DNA of 64,000 nucleotides from Octopus vulgaris (lineage: Eukaryota): assembly GCA_951406725.2 (NCBI GenBank), contig OX597837.1, positions 1,550,001-1,614,000 on the forward strand. The letters are read 5' to 3'. The position numbers and the translations under genes are program-made. Positions 55,165-64,000 of the stretch are shown here, in pieces. Below the pieces are notes generated by a model, which saw nothing but the letters and a program-made list of their open reading frames with translations, was not told where the DNA came from and ran no database searches. The first letter of the stretch is position 1; every line of letters begins with the position of its first letter.

Positions 55165-55582
55165 GTCTCAAAGTTTGGCATAAGGCCAATAATTTCAGAA
55201 TGAGGAACTAAGTTGACCACATCAACCTCAGTGCTCAACTTGTACTTATGTCATCGACCCCGAAACCGCGAAGTTTGAACTCAGAAAGAGAAGACAGCTG
55301 AAATACCGCTCAGCATTTCGTCCGGCGATTCTTCTCGCTCGCCGATCTAAGTAGCAACAAAATATTGGTTTCAAATTCTGGTACAAAGCCAGAAATTTCA
55401 GAATAAGGGGGTAAGTCGATTACATCGACCTCAGTGTTCTCCTGGTACTTATTTCATCGACCCCGAAAGGACGTAAGGGAAAGTTTACCTTATCGGAATT
55501 TGAACTCAGAATGTAAAGACGGACGAAATGCCGCTAAGCATTTTGCTCGACGTACTGACGGTTCTGCCCTCTCGCCGCCCTA
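55165..55582 (-). mobile_element. Two tandem family C SINEs (55165-55345, 55362-55582)
   Basis: Each has atcgaccccgaaa...tttgaactcagaa...gaaat(a/g)ccgct...ctcgccg, the reverse complement of family C. Confidence 0.85.
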
Positions 55583-56848
55583 AATGGCGGCAAAATTATA
55601 AAACACATATGTACCAGTTTGGATTCGAACTCCTACATCTACACGCGTGCGTCTTACACAGATTTTTATAGAATTACGCACGCATGCGCATAAACACCAG
55701 GCACAGACCTATACATGTGAACCAAATTTCGTTTTATTCCGTTCATGTACCGCGGCAGAAATAACGAGCTGTCTTAGAATTGAACTTTCACTAATTTATA
55801 CTCCGGTGGCAGTTATTAATACCCTTGATGTTGTTGTTCTTATTGTTGTACTTGTATATGTTTTTAATGATGGCGGCGCTGCTAAGGATGTAGAACTTTT
55901 TTTTTCTTTGCTTTCGTGGAATGGTCATCATTGCTGGTGTTGCTGCTCTTGTTACTGTCGTTCATTCTTATGGTGGTTGTTGTTGTGATTGTTGTTATTG
56001 CTGTTGTTGTTGTTGTTGTTACTGCTGCTGCTGCTGCTTTCGTTTTGGTTTCTCTTTATGCGCCGCCATTAATCAATCTTCACCCCCGGCACATCATTTC
56101 TTGCGAAAGATATTTCTTCTCGCTCGTCTTCTTCTTCTTCTTCTTCTTCTTCTTCTTCTTCTTCTTCTTCTTCTTCTTCTTCTTCTTCTACCTTCTCCCC
56201 ATATCCCTTGTCTCGCATCTCACAATTCAAACCAAATATTCAACGTTCCAACACCTCACAACATCACAAACACTGATTTATTCTCTCCTTCGTCTGCTCT
56301 CCATTCGCTCCTTTATCGCCCACCCTCCTTACTCACTCCTTACTCTCCCTTCAAACCTCCGACGATATACAATAAGTAATGGCTCCGATGAAATCGTCTA
56401 TAAACTAGAATGTCTTAGTTACTCTAGCATGGCCAGTGATTCTATGACTAAAGCTGACAAAACTTTAAAGGAAAATATATTGCACCTATATATATGTACT
56501 TCTGTACACCATGTGTATGTGTATTCGATATGTGTATATGCATATATGCACACACACACAGATGCTATATGTGTATACTCACATATATATATACACACGT
56601 GCGTAGGTACATGCAAATATGCATTCATATATGTATGCGTATTTACTTACATGTTATACATAATGCATGCATACAGATATGCATACATGTATACGCTTAA
56701 TGCTTGTGTGATCTCATAATTGCCATGAAGCGGTGGTGTAAAGTACTCAAGGTTTCAGCTAGAGTGGATAATATTTACTGAAAAAGTGAGTCTGCTACTC
56801 TGTATCCTTACTCAGTGATCCACGTAACCGTTCCTCAATCGGCTGAGT

Positions 56849-56899
<51 letters not shown>

Positions 56900-56972
56900 G
56901 TCATCAGCGGACGAACACCATCAGTCGCTTTTCTCTAGAATTCCCTCTCCTGCATTGCTGTTCCTCTTCTTA
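56849..56972 (-). mobile_element. RTE-type LINE 3' end with (TAG)n tail (left part of a split element)
   Basis: Minus translation GTAMQEREF*RK resembles the terminal 'AM.DR..WR' motif of RTE-group ORFs, followed by (TAG)n at 56849-56896. Confidence 0.65.
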
Positions 56973-58166
56973 CCGGACCCCACCTTTGGGTAGTCACTTG
57001 CCCGAACACTTTGATGACAATGCACCTTCCAAAAGACCCATGATTGGAGTTCCAGGAGCAGAGAATGAAGCCCTTGAGGCAGCACTAGGCCTTGGAGAGT
57101 TAGCAGGACTAACGGTAGCCAACGAAGCAGACCCACAAGCTTATGATATATCAGCTCCGAAAGAGGTTTTTCGAAAAACCTGGAATGCCAAATATACATT
57201 GCGAAGCCATTTTGATGGAGTTAGGTCATTAGCATTCCATCCCATAGACCCTGTATTAATAACAGCATCAGAGGATCACACTTTGAAATTATGGAATCTT
57301 CAGAAAACAGTTCCAGCCAAAAAGACCGCTTCAGTGGATGTTGAACCAGTGTATACATTTCGAGCCCATGAAGGTCCTGTGTTATGCCTTGCTGTTAGCC
57401 CTACTGGAGAACAATGTTACGGTGGTGGTGTGGATAACACTATCCGCTGTTGGAATATCCCAATCTCTAGTATTGACCCCTATGATTCTTTTGATTGCTC
57501 AGTTCTGCAAGAAACTTTAGTTGGTCACACAGATGCTGTATGGGGCTTGTCAATACACAGTTCCAGGTCACAGCTGTTGTCTTGCTCTGCAGATGGCTCA
57601 GTTAGATTGTGGAGCCCTGGCAGTAAAGACCCTTTACTGTCAGTGTTTAAAGTTGACACCGATGATGGGTTCCTACATCTGTTGACTATGTATGCTGTGA
57701 TCCAAGTCAAATGGTCACCTCCTATACATCATCTCATACATACATTTTTGATATAGAGACAAAGAAACAAATTCTAAAACTTGACACTAAGCAAAATTCA
57801 GATCCTAGTTTAAACAATCAGATCAACAGAGTTATCAACCATCCTACATTACCTGTAACTATTACTGCTCATGAAGATAGGCATATTAGGTTTTTTGACA
57901 ACCACACAGGAAAAATGGTTCATTCGATGGTTGCCCATTTAGATCCCGTGACTAGCCTGGCTGTTGACCCCAGTGGCTTGTATCTCTTATCAGGGAGTCA
58001 CGACTGTTCGATCCGACTGTGGAATTTAGATAGTAAAACTTGTGTGCAGGAGATCACGTCTCATCGTAAGAAGTTTGACGAGTCGATACATGATGTAGCC
58101 TTTCACCCCTCTAAACCTTACATTGCTAGTGCCGGCGCAGATGCTGTTGCCAAGGTGTTTGTATGA
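56973..58166 (+). pseudogene. STRN: Striatin family (STRN/STRN3/Cka) C-terminal WD40 region, intronless, 5'-truncated; probable retrocopy
   Basis: LGLGELAGLTVANEA...FRKTWNAKYTLRSHFDGVRSLAFHP...HTLKLWNLQKTVPAKK...HRKKFDESIHDVAFHPSKPYIASAGADAVAKVFV* is unmistakable striatin. Restoring one G at 57667-57669 joins ORFs 56815..57756 and 57711..58166 (DDGVPTSVDYVCCDPSQMVTSY). No introns, and no N-terminal caveolin-binding/coiled-coil part. Confidence 0.9.
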
Positions 58167-58213
58167 GATGTGGTGTAGGGGGAGGGACGAATGGACGGTG
58201 TGGTTGGTGGCAA

Positions 58214-58258
58214 GGGGTGCGGGTAGGTGGTGGGGTGGGGTGGGTGCGGGCACGGGGA
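58214..58258 (+). other. Potential G-quadruplex in the striatin 3' UTR
   Basis: Seven G3/G4 tracts: ggggtgcgggtaggtggtggggtggggtgggtgcgggcacgggg. Confidence 0.5.
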
Positions 58259-58500
58259 GTTCGCTTTCATTCTTCTTCTCCTCCTTCTTCTTCTCTCTTC
58301 TTCTTCTTCTTCTTCTTCTCCTTCTTCCAGCATCTTCATCTTCCTCTTCATCATCTCGCACGTGGGATATTCCATTTGCAGCGGGGGTGGGACAGTGTTC
58401 TCGGTGTTGACAGAGGGAATGGAGGAGCTCTGGAGTTGGGGGGGAGGTGGGGTGTCTATTGCATTACAGAGTGTGGTGGGAATGCTGACGGAGGGATACC

Positions 58501-58995
58501 ATAGTTATTCTTAGACTATACAATGTCTTCAACTAGTTGGTCGATAGGTATCCTGGAAAGTCGACCCCAGGACACTTTCCGTGTGTTCGTTCTCATATCG
58601 GCATTTGACTCTCAACTTCATCTTTACTACGAAAGTGTCGAAATTTCTCTCTTCTTTCCTTTCATTGGAGGATTACTATAAAGAACCCGATTTGTTGAAT
58701 GGGACTTTGATGTTAAGTGCTGCTCTCAGAAATCTCGTGTACGTTCCATTAAGTTTTTGTATCCTGTGCTTTTGATAGGATGCGTCTAGTGATACCATAT
58801 TGTTGCTCAGAAGAAGATGATCTTAACTTAAGCTGTTTCTTTAGATTTGATTTCGAAATGATGTTCATCTTTGAAAGAGCTGGCCATACTTTAACAATGC
58901 GAGTTTTAATGCACTTCTTACTTGTATGAACCCACCAGCGAGATCTAGGAAGTCATCAACTTTTCCCAAGTTGTATCTATTCACTGTTATTAGGA
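58501..58995 (-). mobile_element. RTE-type LINE ORF C-terminal relic (right part of the split element)
   Basis: Minus translation fragments LGKVDDFLDL, QKLNGTYTRFLRAALNI, ERREKFRHFRS and GRLSRIPIDQLVED match RTE-group post-RT motifs (KLDG.YTR.LR..LN, GRP..TY.DQL..D). Many stops and frameshifts. Confidence 0.85.
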
Positions 58996-60141
58996 GGCTA
59001 TCGTCTTAGTTGGAAGCTGCGTAGTATAATATTTTTTAGCGACACAGTGGCCGAATTGTTTTTCTTTGTGTCAGGTGAGAGTAGGAGGAACTGAGAGGAG
59101 ACTCTAGGAGTAGGAGGGAAGAAAATCAGAAGTGAAAAAGACAGGAGTAAAAAAAAAGGAAAAAAGGAACCGAGAAAATGGAACGGAGCAAGAATAGGAA
59201 GGTGGTTGCTTTTCAGGTACAACATATCAGCTGCAATGAAGAGAAAAGAAAGAGAAATAGCAAAAGAAGAAGATAAATGAGTAGAAAGGGAGAAACAGAG
59301 AAGTGAGAGTAAAGTAGAAAACTGGAGGAAGTGCATTTAAGTGCTGTTGGAGGGGACGGGGATAAGAAAGATGAAAAAATTGTGATAAAAAAAATTGAGG
59401 GAAAAAACTTGAAATAATACAGATGGGAAATAATAATTAAAATCAATGAGGTAAATGCAAAAGAAAAATATCTATAAACAAAAATGAAAAACTCATATTG
59501 TGTGTGTGTGTGTAGTGTAGTGTTACACACTCCCTCACATATACACATACATAGCTCTATACACGCACACGTACTTGTTTACTTACACACATACATCTAC
59601 ACGCCGCCCGCACGCTCACAATCTTCAGGCTCACATCCCTGCTTGCACACACATATATACACACGCACACATTATCTTCACAAACATATACATCCTTGCG
59701 TTCATACACTTTAACCAGGCTACATTTATCCTCCTTTCCAACAACCACTTTTTTCCTGCCACTCAATTCAAAACGTGCAACCGTCAATCCAGACACGTTT
59801 TGTTTTTATATCATTTTTTTCCTTCTCTTAATCTGTCTTTTCCCTCATTCTTTTCTGTAGAAGAGCATAAGTTTGAAACGTCAAAGTCTCTTCCATTTCT
59901 GCTGAGCGTTAAACTAATTCGCCTGGTTTGTTGTTTCTTCACCTATTTGTCGTTTGGTTTTTATACAATTTTGAACCATAGATGTAGGTATATAGGCTTT
60001 TTCAATGAGCTATTGAGAACGATTGGTAAGGCCATTTGAAATAATTGAATGCGAATAGTATTAACGTGAACAAGTCAAACGAATTGAAATGGCTTTGGTT
60101 GGAACACAGTCACATATGCATAAAAGCATGCATATCTCGTT

Positions 60142-60196
<55 letters not shown>

Positions 60197-60348
60197 TGTG
60201 TGTACACACGTATATGGATGTGCGAATGTGTATTATATATTTATGCACGTAATTTAAAATGTGTATTTCCTATTCATAAGAAAGGGAACATGAAGCGAAC
60301 AAAAGTTTCACTATAAACGCCAAGTTTGAAATATTTAATAGCTTATCG

Positions 60349-60432
60349 ACAGTAACTTTGAATTTCGCCGGTCGTCCACCTCATCAGATTATCTGACGGG
60401 GTGACTGACCGATGAAACGCCGAAGTTAGTGT
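60349..60432. mobile_element. Imperfect palindrome made of two inverted hammerhead-core-like half units (PLE-like)
   Basis: acagtaacttt...tttc...cggtc...cacctcatcagat-t-atctgacggggtg...gaccg...gaaa...aagttagtgt. Each arm reads CTGAYGR-ggt-N5-acc-NNN-GAAA. Confidence 0.55.
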
Positions 60433-60505
60433 TACTAATGTATTATATCTATTTATATACACACATATAAATATACGCGCATGTGTGTGAATGTGTGCAC
60501 ATAAA

Positions 60506-60581
60506 GTCATCCACCAAGAGACATGTTCAACTGGTTAAGGTCAAGGAACTGACAAGCAAATCTGTGGTATTGACCAGAATA
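60506..60581. repeat. Family D internal fragment
   Basis: caactggttaaggtcaag...actgacaagcaaatctgtggtattg matches ~61499-61574. Confidence 0.85.
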
Positions 60582-60590
60582 CATACATAC

Positions 60591-60630
<40 letters not shown>

Positions 60631-60829
60631 CTTACTGAATAAAAAGAGGAGTCCCGGATTCACTTCCAGCTATTTCTGCTATAAGATTGCTGTTTCTTTG
60701 CCATTATTAATATTATCTTCTGTCCCCTCCTGCTGCTTACCTCTAAAACCTTATTTATATCGAGTTCCAAAAACGAGGCTATTAGAATCACTTTGCCAAA
60801 GCGAAATCATTATTTTTTTTATATATTTA

Positions 60830-61038
60830 TAGCTGAGCTGGCAGAATCGTTAACACGTCGGACAAAATGATAAGCGCCATTTCTTCCGACTCATCCTTAC
60901 GCTCTAAGTTCAGATTCCGACGAGATCGACTTTGATTTTTTTTTACTGTCATTTCGGGGTCGATGAAATAAGTTCTACAAGTTGGAGACAGGTTAATATA
61001 ATCGACTACTCCCTTCCCATCTTATTTTAGGCTTTGTA

Positions 61039-61040
<2 letters not shown>
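60830..61040 (+). mobile_element. Family C SINE followed by (ATT)n
   Basis: gagctggcagaatcgttaacacgtcggacaaaatg...aagttcagattccgacgagatcgacttt...tttcggggtcgatgaaataag. Confidence 0.85.
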
Positions 61041-61104
<64 letters not shown>

Positions 61105-61130
61105 TTATTATTATTATCATTATTATTATT

Positions 61131-61676
61131 GTGTGAGAGAGAAGTGCATGCCACCAATACGATGCTGGGGTTAAATATACGAAGCCCAGTATACCCATCA
61201 TGACTACCCGTCTGATATGGTAGACCAGACACTTGCATCACAACCATGTGTGCACGACGTAGTGATCTCATATCAAGATAAACAGCACATGACCTTGCAG
61301 GTGGGGCCCAGTTAGAATTTTCTTCAGGTCGAGTAGCTCATCCCGCTCAAAAGGTCCCCGAATAATGGTTGTTTAAGGGTGTTGAACAAAACACCCATGT
61401 TTCCAAAGGTGAATTATCCAAACTCCAAAGAGTTCCTTTCAACACATGGCTAAGATGCTCCCCCACTACTTCTGCTCGTAATCAAAGATGCGCATATCGT
61501 CAGCCACTAAGGGACATGCTCAACTGGTTAAGGTCAAGTAACTGACAAGCAAATCTGTGGTATTGTGCAGAATATTTGCTGTAGGCCATCTTTTAGAAAC
61601 AGACTAAACAATGTACATAAGACTTCCGATCAGTTAAGATCATAAGCCATGACAGTCACTGCCTGGTACTGCATCA
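61131..61676. mobile_element. Dispersed repeat family D (~550 bp) flanked on both sides by (ATT)n
   Basis: Homologous pieces at 2478-2643 and 60506-60581. (ATT)n at 61041-61130 and 61677-61720. No long ORF. Confidence 0.7.
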
Positions 61677-61722
<46 letters not shown>

Positions 61723-62239
61723 GTTGTTGTTGTTGTTGTTGTTGTTATGTGCACAGTCATGTATATGTGTGTATGTATGTGAATTGAATTGATGGCACTC
61801 AAAGATCTACAAGAGAGACTCAAAACCAGAGCAAACCCTGTCAGCGCCATTAACTTAATAAAGTTATGCATACTCTAATGCATGTATTGAGTAGTTTGCC
61901 TTGAATTGCTACAACGACACGCACAGAGATACACACACCCATACATTTGTGGATCGTTATGCATAAGCACAAGGAAGTTGTAGCTACACACCAGCACACA
62001 AAACCCCTCTCTTTCTCCATGTAGATAAAGTCATCAACAATCCTCATGTTTTCCGCCATCTTCCCCCCCCCCCCGCCCTCGTTTATTGTTCGACCACTCC
62101 TTTCGTGATGTTCCTATTTCTCATTTAATGGGGGTTTGTCTGTGCATGACTATATTCGCTGGAGGTCCGTTGTTATGGTGTTGGGTTACATAACCAACGA
62201 TCTCCCTGCACTCACACATACCATACCCGTATATGTACA

Positions 62240-62395
62240 CACACACACACACGTATGTATGTACACCGATATATATATATATATAGAGAGAGAGATGTAT
62301 ATGTATATATATATATATATATACGTATATATGTATGTATGTATGTATGTATATATATATATATATGTATGTATGTATATATATATATATGTATG

Positions 62396-62433
<38 letters not shown>

Positions 62434-62738
62434 TGTATATATATATATATGTATATATATATATGTATATATGTATATATATGTATATATGTATATATAT
62501 GTATATATATGTATATATGTATATATATATATGTATTATATATATGTATATATGTATATATATGTATATATATATGTATATATATGTATATATATCTATA
62601 TATATGTATATATATATGTATATATGTATGTATATATATATATATATATAATGTTTGTATATGTATATAATATATATATATGTATATATGTATGTATATA
62701 TATATATAATGTTTGTATATGTATATAATATATATATA

Positions 62739-62777
<39 letters not shown>
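62240..62777. repeat. Degenerate (TA)n/(TATG)n array
   Basis: Direct reading. Similar arrays lie at ~19045-19290, 33605-33825 and 41260-41526. Confidence 0.95.
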
Positions 62778-62779
<2 letters not shown>

Positions 62780-63294
62780 GTATGTATTCCCACCCATTAA
62801 TATCGTTTGCTCTTCCATTATATTCACACACACTGGGAAGGCTCACTTCCGTCATGACCGCCATGTTCAATCATTGGACGAAACCCTCTCCGATATATCA
62901 ATCAACTGTTTATTCCCTTTTCTTTTGCACCCGCCATACACAACATAAAGCAGCACTACGAGGCAACATGTTTATTTGCTTGTGTGCACGTGACCGGAAC
63001 CTCTATAACCATTTACATGTCTATCTGCGCGTGCCTTCGCGCGTGTGTGCGTTTCTGTGTGTGTGCGTATGTGCGTATGTGTGTGTGCTTTTGGTGTTTG
63101 GATGTGAGGCTGCGGCTGCCTCTGTGTGTTGAACCCCAGGACAACGTTGACAGAGACATAGATGTAATCAAAGATATATATGTATACATATATTCATATT
63201 CGAAAGCGTTTCCTGCCGTGACCATCACGACTTTCTTTCATTAATGTCCATTCTAGAAAATATTCATACTATTAGTGTTATAACGCTGCCGGCC

Positions 63295-63575
63295 TTTTAA
63301 TTGAAGGAGATGTGGCTGCTATATTTAGCAGGTTTTACGACCACGTAGGAGTTTCTCATTCGTTTGTTTGTATGACGATGTATATTGTTGCTGTTGTTGT
63401 CATTTAACCATAGGCTGGAAAGACATATGAAGGAAGCTTTCCAGCAAGGGCCATCCTGTCTTTTTTTTTTACAAATATGTGGAAGTACGTTTTATTTTTT
63501 TCCAATGTGCCCTTCCTTTTCCCAAGAGATCAAAGCATGATTTCAGAGAGATTTAGTTGCTATCTCTAGCAGATA
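63295..63575 (-). repeat. Family E copies (63295-63335, 63385-63575)
   Basis: Minus strand ctgctagagatagcaactaaatctctctgaaatca...aaagacaggatggccc...caacaacagcaac. Confidence 0.5.
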
Positions 63576-63771
63576 AGTTTGTGTCTATGTGTCCATCTCT
63601 CTCGAAATTTAGCTCTCTGAGGGTCACGATGTGTATGTGTGTCCGCATATGAGACACGTTGTATGAGTGTGTGGAGTGTGTGTGTGTGTGTGTGAGTGAG
63701 TTTCTGTGTGTATATGGTCAGTGATACGTATATGTATGTGTGTTTGTGTGTGTGTGTGAGTTTGTGTGTGA

Positions 63772-63817
<46 letters not shown>

Positions 63818-64000
63818 TCTTTAAGTGTAACTTCGGTGGAGGGACTGTGCGAATAAAAGTATTTTATGTTTGAGGGAATACGTGCATCAGTGTATGTGCG
63901 CGCGCATATGTGTCTGTGTGAGCGCGCTTGAATGAATTGTGTGTGTGCACGCGTGTGTGTGTGCACGCGTGTGTGTGCACGCGTGTGTGTGTGCACGCGT

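Noticed and set aside
56815-56900. Poly-Leu N-terminus of ORF 56815..57756 as a signal peptide or TM segment for striatin
   Set aside because: It is the antisense (TAG)n LINE tail read in frame, with a non-ATG start.
25780-62080. Scattered YY1-like motifs (e.g. cgccgccatatt near 25786, ccgccatctt near 62053)
   Set aside because: Short motifs with no supporting TSS or exon evidence.

Overview
Eukaryotic, AT-rich, microsatellite-saturated genomic DNA. The repeat families look like those of octopus (coleoid cephalopod); this is inferred from recognition, not from a database search. Nearly all supplied ORFs are artefacts of (TA)n/(CA)n/(TATC)n/(ATT)n tracts. The real coding-like content has four parts. 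(1) An intronless, 5'-truncated striatin (STRN/Cka) WD40 copy at ~56973-58166 with one 1-bp frameshift, apparently inserted inside a decayed antisense RTE-type LINE. (2) One well-bounded candidate exon (46118-46274, +) encoding part of a fasciclin (FAS1) domain, suggesting much of the window may be intronic. (3) Two 5'-truncated CR1/L2-type LINE copies. (4) Two decayed Tc1/mariner transposase relics. The rest is three or more tRNA-derived SINE families, DNA-transposon MITEs (piggyBac-like, pogo/Tigger-like, hairpin/Crypton-like) and small Penelope-like inserts carrying hammerhead-ribozyme core motifs within (TA)n arrays. The most interesting observations are a LINE-SINE partner pair sharing a 3' tail with a covarying stem-loop, the hammerhead-bearing mini-elements, and the nested striatin retrocopy.
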